Shown: piece by piece, positions 52,964 through 64,000 of the stretch | Layout: each line of letters starts with the position of its first letter | Numbering within the stretch: position 1 is the first letter of the stretch | Origin: Stegostoma tigrinum | Lineage: Eukaryota | NCBI RefSeq assembly: GCF_030684315.1 | Contig: NC_081385.1 | Location: forward strand, 11,725,080-11,789,079 | DNA length: 64,000 nt | Direction: 5' to 3' | Made by a program: the position numbers and the translations under genes | Notes under the pieces: model-generated | What the model was told of the DNA's origin: nothing | Database searches by the model: none | What the model saw: only the letters and a program-made list of their open reading frames with translations

Positions 52964-55900
52964 GTGAGGACCGGCCGGCGGCTTCTGTTGCTGGTAAAGG
53001 CCGTGAGAAGCCTGGGGCCTAGCGGATAGGCGGGTTTAAAAGGGCGTTGTGGTATTCAGGACTAGCTTAACATCTTAACAAATGTCCCCGTTATAGTTAA
53101 TTACTGGTTTTCAATCATGACATGCTTCCAATAAGTGACAACATTTCGCTTTCACATGCCGCAGCGAAACATTAGGGGAACGTCTGTGAAAAGTATTAGC
53201 TTCACCCTTCTGAATCAGTTTGTGTGAATTTGGAGGTGGGTATTTAGGATTGTTTAATGTATGACAGTATTACTGAGTTCTGCACCTGGACTTCAGCAGG
53301 TTTGGAATTTTTTTAGTTGATTGTGGGAAGTTGCTCTCTTAAATACCTACAATATTTTCATGAATTGTTCCCTCCCGTCTAGAAGATGCTGGTTGGTTTG
53401 CTAAGTGGGTTCCTGCTACTGTTTGTATTTTAACATAATAAGGCTGTGGAGAGAGGGCGATTCGGCTGGGGCTTGCCCTGGAGCATCAGAAGCAGAGGAG
53501 TGACCTTAACGAGGTTTATAAAATCATGAGGGACATGGGTAGTGTAAATAGTCTAGATCTTTTCCCCGTGACAGGGGACATCAAAACTAGAGGGCACAGG
53601 CTTATGGTGAAAAGGGGCAGATTTAAAAGGGACCTGAGAGACACTTTTATTCATGCAGAGGGTGGTGTGTGTATGAAATGAGCTGACAGAGGAAGTGGTG
53701 GAGGCTGGTACAGTTACAACATTTAAAATGCGTCTGGATGGATACGTGAAAAGAAATGGTTTAGAGCGATATGGGCCAAATGCTGGCAAATGGGACTAGG
53801 TTAATTTAGGATATCTGGTCGGCATAGACTTGTTGGACTGAAGGGTCTGTTTCTGTGCTGTATGACTCTGTATCTATGTGTAATACAATGGTCACATAAC
53901 TCAAAACATTTACTGTTTTCTCTCCACAGATGCTACCAGACCTACTCCAGCAATTTCTGTTTTTGATTGATTGTTTATAATTTTGTGGTTTGTGGGTGTC
54001 ACTAGTTAGGCCAGCATTTCTTGCCCATTGTTAATTGCTCTGGAGAAGGCGGTAATGAGCTGCTGCCTTGAAACATTGCAGTTCTCGGGCTGTAGGTCAC
54101 ACAAAGTGCTGTTAAGCGGTTCCAGGATTTTCGCCTAGCTGAAGAATTATTGAGTTCTGAGGAAGGGTCACCAGGCCCAAAACATTAACTCTGTTTTCTC
54201 CTTCACAGCTGCTACCAGACCTGCTGAGCTTTTCCAGCAACTTTGTTTTTGTTGTTGTTGAAGAATTATTGAACTTGACCAACAGGAAAAGAATGGGGAT
54301 ATAATTCCAAGTCAGGATAGTTTGTGGGTTGGAGGGAATTTGCAGGAAATGCCATGTATCTCCTCCTCGTGTCATTTTAAATTTCATGGATTTGGACGAT
54401 ACTGTCAAAAAGGGCTTTAAGTTGCTGCGGTGCATCTTCTGATGGTACACACTACTGCCACTGTACATTGGTGATGGGGGAGGAGAGTGAGTGTTTAAGG
54501 TGACGGGGCTAATTGAGTGAACGACATTGTATTCAATAGTTCTGAGACTTTCAAGTATTCCTGGAGTGCAACTGTATTCAGTTATAGCTCCTTACATGTG
54601 ATAGTGGACAGGTTTTGCGATAGTCGGATGAGTTATTTCCCACAGAATTTTCAGCCTATGGCCTACTCTTTTAGCTGCTTTTTCTTGTCCATTCCAGTTG
54701 TTGATTAGGGATGAATCCAGACTATCAGTGTGTCATCACGATCATGTTAGATCCTGCCCTTACCCAAGATACACCACAAACATTTCCAACATGCATCTGA
54801 ACAGTGATTTATTCTCCATCAGAGGTGTTGAGAAACAAAAACAAGTTGCTACAAAATTTCACTAGGTTGGGCAGCATTTGTGGAGAGAAATCAGAGTTAA
54901 TGTTTTGGATCCAATGACCCTTCTTCAGAACTGATGGTAGCTCTGTATGAATAAAAGCGTCCCTTAGGTCCCTTTTAAATCTGTCCCCTTTCACCTGAAG
55001 CCTGTGCTGTCTAGTTTTGGACTCCCCTGTGCCAGGGAAACTGTTGGTCTTTATGCAGGAGATGCGGTGGGTTACCTTGGGTGAAGGAGTAAACAAATAG
55101 GTGGAGATTCAGCCCAAAGAGAGGAAAACGTAATAATCAGCCTAGACGAATGAATAACTGCTAATATGGACTGTTAGTGGCTAACAATGGTTGGTGTGTA
55201 ATAGTAAACCATGTGATAATAAGAGGTTGGAGTAAGAGCGTGGGAGAAGGTGCCTAAACCCCTAAGATTGTTGAACTTGGTATTGAGTCCAGAAGAATGT
55301 AGAGTTCCCGAGCAGAAAATGAGGTGTTGTTCTTTCAGCCTGCGGTGAACTTCGCTGGTGCACTGCAGCAAGCTCAAGATAGAAGTTGGCCAGAGAACTG
55401 GGTGGTGTGTAAGAGTGGCAGGCAACAGGAAGGCAGAGTCTTTTATTTTGTTGCAGACAGAATGTTAGTGTTCTGCAAAGTGGTCACCCAATCAATGCTT
55501 TGTTTCCCCAAGGGAGATGAGACCACATTGTGAGCAGCCAATACAGTAGACTAGATTATGTGAAGTGCAGGTGAAGGCTACTTGACCTGGAAGTTGTATT
55601 TGGTCCCTTGGATACTGAGGAGGGAGGAAGTAAATGGGCAGATGTAACACCTTCTGCAGTTGCAGGGGAAGGTGCCTTGGGGCTGTAAGAGATATGTTTC
55701 TGGCAGAAAGGGTCCTTGCAGGAGGCTGACAAGGGAGGGAATGTGTTTCTGATGGTGGCATCCAGGTGGAGGTTGCAGAAATAGTGGCTAATGATTCTCT
55801 GGGTGTGGATGCTGGTTGGATGGTAGGTGAGAACAAGTGGGACCATATTGCTGTTGTGGGAGGGAACAGAGGGGATGAGGGCTGAAGTGCAGGAGATGGG

Positions 55901-58900
55901 TTAGACCTGGCTGAGGGCCCTATCAACTACAGTGCTGAGGAATCCTCAGTTGAAGAAGAAGGTGGTCATTTTGTAGGCCCCTTTGTTGAAGTTGGCATCA
56001 GTAGAACAGATCGACGTAGGAACAGGGAGCATGGAACAGGAAGCAGGGTTTGAGGATATAGTCAAGATACCTGTGGAGTCACTTTGCTTCCATTTTTGGG
56101 GCTAGTTTGGCCACAATATTCACTACAAACCAATGTCGAGGAAGGGAACAGAGGTGACAGAGATGGACCAGGTGAAGGCAAGGGCAGGGTAAAAGTTTGA
56201 AGCGAAATTGATAAATGTTTCCAATTCTGGATGAGAGGGGAAGCAGCAAAAATGATGTCATCGATATACCGGAGAAAGAGTTGTGGGTGGGGGCTGGAAT
56301 TGGACTGGGGGACGAAAAGGAATGCTCCACATACCCCACAAAGAGAGAGGTGTAACTGGGGCTCATGCAGATACCCATGGCTACCCCTTTGACCTAAAGA
56401 AAGTGAGAGACGTTACAAGAAGTTGTTTGGAGTGAGGATGAGCTTGGCCAGGTGGAGGAGAGTGGTGGTGGATGGGGATGGTTCAGGCCACTTTTTCAGG
56501 GAGACATGGAGAGCCCTGAGACCGTCCTGAGGGAGGATGAACAGGTGAAGGCATTGCATGTCCATGGTAAAGAGGAGGCACAGGAGCCCGCAACCTGGAA
56601 ATTATGAAGCTGACATAAAACGCCAGAGGAATCGTGGATGTAAGTAATAAGTGACTGGAGAAGGGGAGAAAAAAATCAAGTTGAGGTAGGAGGAGATGAG
56701 TTCTGTGGGACAGGTGCAGGCTGAAACAACAGGTCAGCCTGGGCAGTCCTGTTTGTGTCTTTTGGGAAGGAGGTAGAAGTGAGCCATGTAGGGTTGGGAG
56801 ATTGATCTTGGAGGCGATGGAGGGGAGATCACCAGATGAAATGAGGTTAATGCCCATTTTGAACATGGTAGCCTGATGGTCCAGGGGGTGATAGAAGGAG
56901 GTATCTGAGAGTTTGCCCTTTGCAATGTGGAGTTCAGTTTGCCAGACAACAGCACCACCCTCGTCAGCAGGCTTAAAAGAGTGACAGGGTTGGATCTGAG
57001 CATGGAGTGCAATCAGTTCAGAGGGAGATAGGTTGGAATGGGTGAGGATGCAAAGAAATTGAGGTGACCAATGTCACATTGACAGTTCTGTAACATGTGG
57101 AGAGCAAGTAAATGGCCACAGGGAGGGGTCCTGGTGGAGGCAGAGTGTTGGAAGTGGGTGAAGGGATTTGTGGGACAGGGAGAGCAGTCTTACCCAAATA
57201 AATGGGCTTGGGAGGTGAAGGTGACAGGAAAAGTTCAATGTCATATCGTGCCTGAAATTCATTCAGGTGGGGACGCAGAAGGGATAAAACTGAGACTTTT
57301 GCTGGGGACAGCACGTTCAGCATCAGAGCAGAACATCAGACAGGATGGTAAATACTGAAAGTGAAGTTGCAGGTAGGTGTGATCGTGAAGAAGATGTTTG
57401 TTATCCTTGCCTTTATTTGGCAGTGTGTTGAGCATAGGAGTTGGGAGGTCATATGTTGTGGCTGAACAGGACACTGGTGAGGCCACTTTTGGAGTATTGC
57501 ATGCAATTCTGGTCTCCCTGCCGTAGGAAGAATGTTGTGAAACTTGAAAATGTTCAGAAAAGATTAACAAGGATGTTACAAAAACAAAGTTGCTGGAAAA
57601 GCTCAGCAGGTCTGGCAGCATTTGTGAAGGATAAAACAGTTAACGTTTTGGGTCCGGTGACCCTTGTTTTTTCCTTCACAGATGATGCCAGACCTGCTGA
57701 GCTTTCCCAGCAGCTTCGCTTTTGTTCCTGATTTACAGCATCCGCGGTTCTTTTTAGTTTTTATTTGACAAGGATGTTGCCAGGATTGGAGGTTTTGAGC
57801 TATAGGGAGAGAGTAAAGAGGCTGGGGCTGTTTTCCCTGGAGCATCAGAGGCTGAGGGTTGAGCTTATAGAGGTTTATAAAATCATGAGGGGATGATAAG
57901 GTAAGTAGGCAAGATCTTTTCCCCGGGTAGAGGAATCCAAAACTAGAGAGCATAGGTTTGAGGTGAGAGGGCAGAAAAATAAAAAAGGGACATAAGGGGC
58001 AACTTTTTCACATAGAGGGTGGCGTGTGTATGAAATGAGCTGCCAGAGGAGGCTGGTACAATTAGAACATTTAAAAGGCATCTGGATGGGTATATGAATA
58101 AAAAGGGTTTAGAGGGCTATCAGCCAAATGGGACTGGAATTATATAGGATATTTGGTTGGCATGGACAAATTGGACCGCAGGATCTGTTTCCATACTGTA
58201 TATTTCTATGACTGAATGACAGGAGTTGGGTTTGGAGCCAGAAGGGGAGCGGAGGAAGGTTCTGGAGGGGCATGAGTATCTCTGAATTATTGCATTTTCT
58301 GTTTCTTGATGCCTGAAGGAAAAGAAAAAGTTTCTTGTCAGCATGTCAAATGAGACAGAGGATGAAGTGGAACTGGGGAGCAATGCAGCTCTGAGCTAGT
58401 GTGATGCTGTGCTGTTGGAGAGAGAGGTCGACAGTGTGCATATGACGATGCATAACACCGAGTGTGGATCTCAGCATGTGGTGAGAAAAGCTGGCTGTGG
58501 AATGTTGAGCATCACAGATACCTGTGATCCTGGGTGGATTTAAAGCACAAGGGATGAAACTTGAGTTGGAATCCACGTGGGGTGAGTCTGAGCCAGAGGC
58601 AGTCACTGAGGAACATGATATGGCTGTGGAAACAAGTTTTAGCAAATATCTGGTCAAACACTAGGAGCGACAGCGAAATTAATGCTGCTGAACAAGAGAA
58701 AAGATTGGAATGGCAATCCTGTTGGAGAGGAGCAGAATTTCTCTAAGGTGGGCATGCCAGGAAGTGATGTGGCAGTGAGTTAAACACTAAATAAAAGACT
58801 GAGATAACTGCAGATGTTGGAAATCAAACAGAAATTCCTGGAAAATCCCAGTAGGTCTGGCAGCATCTATGGAGAGAAATCAGAGTTAACAAAGTGTTGA

Positions 58901-61900
58901 GCTCAGTTGTAGTTATTGTCACTTCACTGACCTCAACAAACGGGTTTGGAGAACTAATTTTACCGTTTTATCTTAACTTCTCAATTAATTTCTTAATTTC
59001 TGATCTAATTGTAACCTCAACTCCACATCCCCACCTACCCTGGTAACCTTTTGCTTAACAAAAATCTATCTAGCGAGTTTTGAGAAGATTTGTAGCTCAG
59101 GTTGAGGTTCTGGATGTGAGTTTGCTCGCTGAGCTGGAAGGTTAGTTTTCAGACGTTTCGTCACCATTCTAGGTAACATCATCAGTGAGCCTCCGACGAA
59201 GCGCTGGTGTTATGTCCCGCTTTCTATTTATCTGGTTAGGTTTGCTTGCATTGGTGATGTCATTTCCTGAGTTGGTGATGTCATTTCCTGTTCTTTTTCT
59301 CAGAGGATGGTAGATTGATTTGGAGCCAATGTGTTTGTTGATGGAGTTCCGGTTGGAATGCCATGCTTCTAGGAATTCTCGTGCATGTCTCTGTTTGGTT
59401 TGTCCTAGGATGGATGTGTTGTCCCAATCAAAGTGGTGTCCTTCCTCATCTGTATGTAGGGATACGAGTGATAATCAGTAATTTATCTAACCAGATAAAT
59501 AGAAAGCGGGACATAACACCAGTGCTTCGTCGGAGGCTCACTCATGATGTTACCTAGAATGGTGACAAAACGTCCAAAAAAAAACTAACCTTCCAGCTCA
59601 GCGAGCAAGCTCACATCCAAAAATCTATCTATTTGTACGTTTAAAAAATATTCAAAGACTCTGCTTCCACCATTTTTTTGAGGAGACTCAGTGCTCTGAG
59701 AAAAAATATTCTCATTCTGCACTAAATGGACAGTTAACTCTTATTTTTAAAAACAGTGTTTATTTTGCTGTTTATGGGACCTTATGGTATGCATAATTAC
59801 TACAAAATCTCTGCATTTGCATGGCACCTTTTTAACATACTACAATGTCTCCAGGCTTCTGTAACAATAGTGAGTGCCCTTCAAACCTGAAGAAGGGTCT
59901 TGCTCGAAACGTCAACTTTCCTGCTCCTCTGCTGCTTGGCCTGCTGTGTTCATCCAGCTCTACACTGTGTTATCTCAAGGTCTAATACAAAGTTGTTTTT
60001 CCTCTTTTGTTTTCCCATACATCAAAACAATTGTAAGACCTAGCACTTATTTGTCTAAAAGAAAAATATTGCAGGTGTAAGTGCTGGAAAATCTGAGTGG
60101 GTCAGCAGCATCTGTGGTTAGAAAAACTGAATGAAATTACTGTTCTTCAGAATTCTATTTGACTTCGGTTTCTCCTTGTGTCAAGCACTTCTGCTCGAGT
60201 GGAATCTTGAATTTAACCATTATCTAAATTTTGTTGTTTGTAAGGAGCATTTTTCATGTTCATGTCAATAAGTTGCCTATAAATACACTCAAGTATTTTG
60301 ATTTATCAAATTTTAAACGTTTTAACTGATAGGGTAGTCTCACCATCGGGTGTATGCTATTGTGATCACTAAACGTTCTTTTGATTTTCAATTCTACATT
60401 TGTCTTTGCTTTTTTTCCTTTAGTCGGATATGCTGTGCTTTCAATTAATGGATTTGATGTAAATGGAAGATACATGGCTGATAACAGGGATGTGCTGGAA
60501 TATCTGAACACCTCTTTCAATTACCCTTTGGCCATTCGCTTCGGACGTCCTCGTCTGACATCAAATGAGAAATTAATGTTGGCCTCCATGTTTCATTCGT
60601 AAGTTTAGAAAGAAATGCAGTATGATTTACATGGGCGCTATGAACTGTGATGAGTAGGATAGATATCTAGCATCCGGACCTAATGAATGATAATAGCTCA
60701 AATTTAATTCCCATATTGGCAGAGGTAGACTTGGGATATGTTTCGTCACCCTGACCCTGAGAGAGGAAAACAATTGCAAACCCCCACTGACTGAAACTGT
60801 CAATGGAACTTTTCAAAGTGAAACATTGGCAGACAATGAGATCAGGTTCTTTGGACCAGCATCTGTAAATTAATGAACCTTCGGGTCTATTTTCTTGTCA
60901 CTCCACTGGTTAATGTAACACGTTTTTTGTTGACCTTTTCCCCCCAGTTAAACCTAGCCTCTTGGTTCAAAGTATTGTGGATTTTCCAAACTGTGAATTC
61001 ACCTCATGGAATCCTGAGTATCTGTGTTATAAGTTGGATGGCAATGTGCCATTGTCCGTCTGAAATTGCTCTCGGAGAAAGAAATAAATGGTGGCTCAGC
61101 CTGAGATGTCCATGTGTCGTAAACAGGATTTTGAAAAATAGACTTGAATGACCTTTTGATATTTGCCTTCTAGAATATATACATTGCTGGTTTTTCTGTT
61201 AAAACCTTTATGTCCATATCAATATTTTAAGTCCTCTGCTCGGTCTCTTCTGAAATCCAAACCTTCTAAAAGTGCAGCATGTCGTCGGTCCGGCACTACA
61301 TATAGGTTCTGTTACAGAATCTCAAATCTTCAACCATCTGAGCAGACAAAGGGTGAAACGTTGTTCAGCTTTGTGAGTGATAGGACTTACAGTTTACCAG
61401 TGGCTCTTGTTTTCACTGTCAACTGTGTCATTTGAGAAGCTGAGGCACTTCCCTAGACAGCCAATTACCATGTTGTTCGTGTGTACCGTGTGGCAGCTTT
61501 GATGGAGAGAACAATTTTCTAGCATTTCCTTAGCCCCAAGGAAGATGTAATGAGATGTCTTTATTGAGCTACAAAAATTGAGTGATGTTAGCTGGAAATG
61601 ATGCTGACTGATGTCAACTTCTCTCTTTTATGAATCAGAGTGCACCACTAACGGTGGGGGGCTGAGAATTAATTGAATGCTTTGTGAACAATGTGCTAGT
61701 AATTAAATTTTGCTATGATTTTAGACCTATTGTGACCCATGAGAAAGACCAGTGCCTGTACAGTCAGGGAAGTAACATAATCTGACCTTCCCTTTGATCT
61801 CAGTGAAGCTTTTATCTGTAAAAGGCCTATCACTGACCTGTTATACTATTCCTCAGTTTTTGGAACGCAGACACTTGTTATGCTGGAAACACGTGCGCAG

Positions 61901-64000
61901 TTTCTCTGTGTTCAGAATAGGAATGGGGGTGACAGCATCAATTTGAAATCCACTGTGCTCAGTTTTTGACCTGAGCCAATTTGAGTGAAAGCTACACTGT
62001 GACCCAGTGAAAGGAAAGACAACTCTGCTTGTTCCCTGGCACATTCTGGTCACTGCTTGTAGGAGGCTTTGTTAAAACTTAGCAATTTCTGTGGATTTGC
62101 TTAACCCCAGAAAATCCTGACTGCTGTTACATTACAATTCTATGACTTTGTGACGTGTTACAGCATGGCAACAGACCCTTCAGCCCAACTTGTCCGTGCC
62201 AATTGAATATCCTAAATTAATCTAGTCCCATTTGCCAGCATTTGGCCCATATCCTTGGAACTCTTCCTATTCATGTACCCATCCAGATGCCTTTTAAATG
62301 TTGTAATTGTACCAGACTCCACCACTTCCTCTGGCAGCTCATTCCATACATGTACCACCCTCTGCATGAAAAAGTTTCCCCTTAGGTCCTTTTTAAATTT
62401 TTCCCAATGCCCTCTAATTTTGGAGTACCCCACCTTGGGAAAAAGGTCTTTGCTATTCAACCAGTCCATGCCCCTCATGATTTTATAAACCGCTATAAGA
62501 TCACCCATCAGCTTCTGACATTCCAGGGAGAACAGCCCCAGCCTATTCCACCTCTCCCTATATCTTAAACCCTCCAATCCTGGCAACATCCTTGTAAATC
62601 TTTTCTGAACCCTTCCAAGTTTCACAACATCTTTCCTATAGCAGGGAGACCTTAAATGAATGCAGTATTCCAAAATGTTAAAATATTCTTAGTTTGTTTG
62701 CTGTTAAGGAATATTTAGAAGCAGCTGGGGTAAGGAGAATGTTGGCTTCATCTAGTCACAAGACTGAGGGAGAGAGGGAGACTGTAAGATAATGTGGCAT
62801 TGCATCACTTCTTAGGGTGTGTATCGTGACTCCTTAGGTTATGTCTGACTATTACATCCTGTCATACTAAAAATGGGCCCAATTTGAATGTAAAGTGTGG
62901 AGCAGATTATATGACACAATCTATTAGTGCTTCATCATAATTTAAACTCAAGGAAAAGTCACGTTCTGTACAAATGTGTTTGGAATTGAGATCCCAACAT
63001 GGTTGTACGAGTACATAGAGTTAATGATCTCTGTCTATACATTTGAGGCTTTTTTTAAAGGGATATTGTACTGTTCGCATTTCCGAGCCTACGTACTTCT
63101 GTTTCTATCTTTCAGGCTGTTTGCAATTGGGTCCCAGTTATCACCAGAGCCTGGAAGTTCTGGGATTGAAGTGCTGGAAACAGACACCTTCAAACTTCAT
63201 TGTTTCCAAACGCTGACAGGTGAGCAGTACAGCCTAACATTCCCTGTTTCTGAAGCTTCAAACTATTTCAGCTCCAACCCATTTCTCTCTGTTGCAGAAA
63301 GAATAATGTGGTTTTGTTTTTTAGGGAAGGATTTTACTCTCTTGATGTGATAGAGGTGTTCACGAATCAGAAAATGGCCACTCTGCCCCTCAAGCCTATT
63401 CTGTCACTTGATAAATCATAACTTATCTGATTACTCTACATCTCTACTTACCTCAGTCTTTAATCCCCTTGATTAGAATCTATCCACCTCTACCTTAAAA
63501 ATATTCAAAGACCCTACTTCTACAGACTTTTGAGGGAGAGGGTTCCTTCTGTCAGATGAAAAAATGCCTTTTCTCTTTCTTAAATGAGTGAACCCTCACT
63601 TTTAAACAGTGATTGCCAATTCTAGGTTATAGTACAGGTAAATATGGGGCCAAATAGCCACCTGTGTGGCATTATTCTATGCAGTGGAAGGTGAGGCAGT
63701 TTGATATAGTTGAGAATCAATACCTGTCAGTTTCCCATTTCCATTCTGAGTGGATTTTTAATCAAATACTAAGTAGCTCTTACCACATGTCCTGGAGGTT
63801 TATTGCTAACGGGCTGAATTTACACATGAGTTATTCTGACTGTAAATATTCTGTTCAAGTATTCTTTTCTTCTTTACTCTTAAAGGAATTAAGTTCATTG
63901 TGCTGGCAGACCCTCGACAAGCTGGAATCGATTCCCTCCTACGGAAGATTTATGAAATTTATTCAGACTTTGCTCTCAAAAATCCATTCTACTCTCTTGA
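52789..64000 (+). CDS. TRAPPC4: Trafficking protein particle complex subunit 4 (synbindin/Trs23), exons 1-4, truncated by window end
   Basis: Exons 52789-52963, 60424-60598, 63116-63219 and 63886->64000 encode [73 protein letters not shown]...[93 protein letters not shown]. Confidence 0.97.
53445..53872 (+). mobile_element. CR1-type LINE 3' end
   Basis: gaggtttataaaatcatgagg...ggtctgtttctgtgctgtatgactct. Confidence 0.82.
54820..57360 (-). mobile_element. Long degenerate Penelope-like retroelement (RT plus GIY-YIG remnants)
   Basis: [23 protein letters not shown] (~56252-56272, minus strand), [26 protein letters not shown]; nested CR1 fragment at ~54950-55045. Confidence 0.82.
57400..58212 (+). 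mobile_element. CR1-type LINE 3' fragment
   Basis: [35 protein letters not shown]. Confidence 0.85.
57578..57767. repeat. Hairpin Penelope remnant inserted in a CR1 element, 11-bp TSD
   Basis: TSD acaaggatgtt at 57567-57577 and 57768-57778; internal inverted arms. Confidence 0.8.
59073..59617 (-). mobile_element. Young Penelope-like insertion with inverted ends and 14-bp TSD
   Basis: TSD caaaaatctatcta at 59059-59072 and 59618-59631; ~59110-59240 is inverted against ~59485-59617. Confidence 0.85.
59149..59188 (-). ncRNA. Minimal hammerhead ribozyme in a Penelope-like element end
   Basis: UCA-CUGAUGA-U-GUUACC-uagaau-GGUGAC-GAAA-CG-UC^-UGA. Confidence 0.6.
60424..60598 (+). CDS. TRAPPC4: TRAPPC4 exon 2
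   Basis: cctttag|[10 protein letters not shown]...LASMFHS|gtaagt. Confidence 0.96.
62155..62675 (-). mobile_element. CR1-type LINE 3' end
   Basis: ORF 62212-62673 [33 protein letters not shown]...[19 protein letters not shown]. Confidence 0.88.
63116..63219 (+). CDS. TRAPPC4: TRAPPC4 exon 3
   Basis: ctttcag|[34 protein letters not shown]|gtgagc. Confidence 0.96.
63886..64000 (+). CDS. TRAPPC4: TRAPPC4 exon 4 (partial)
   Basis: cttaaag|[38 protein letters not shown]. Confidence 0.95.

Overview
This is vertebrate genomic DNA, almost certainly from a cartilaginous fish (shark), judged from its HE1/V-SINE, Deu-domain SINE, CR1-type and Penelope-like repeats. It holds the conserved CENATAC (CCDC84)-RPS25-TRAPPC4 cluster. 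CENATAC is complete (+, 11 coding exons, 22355-43752, 343 aa). RPS25 is complete (-, 4 coding exons plus a 3'UTR exon, 125 aa, 5'TOP). TRAPPC4 (+) shows its first four exons, head-to-head with RPS25. I recognise no coding exon in the first 22 kb, which is repeat-rich and has a CpG-rich promoter-like island at ~19.1-19.9 kb, possibly a divergent neighbour such as BCL9L. Three signals stand out. (1) CENATAC intron 5 carries competing U2-type and U12-like 5' splice sites, a U12-like branch point with no polypyrimidine tract, and a separate candidate poison exon. Together these suggest a splicing/NMD feedback switch in a minor-spliceosome gene. (2) Penelope-derived mini-elements carry hammerhead ribozyme cores, including an intact one in sense orientation in RPS25 intron 2. 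(3) Deu-domain SINE sequence is embedded in both housekeeping promoters. All calls were made by eye, with no database searches.
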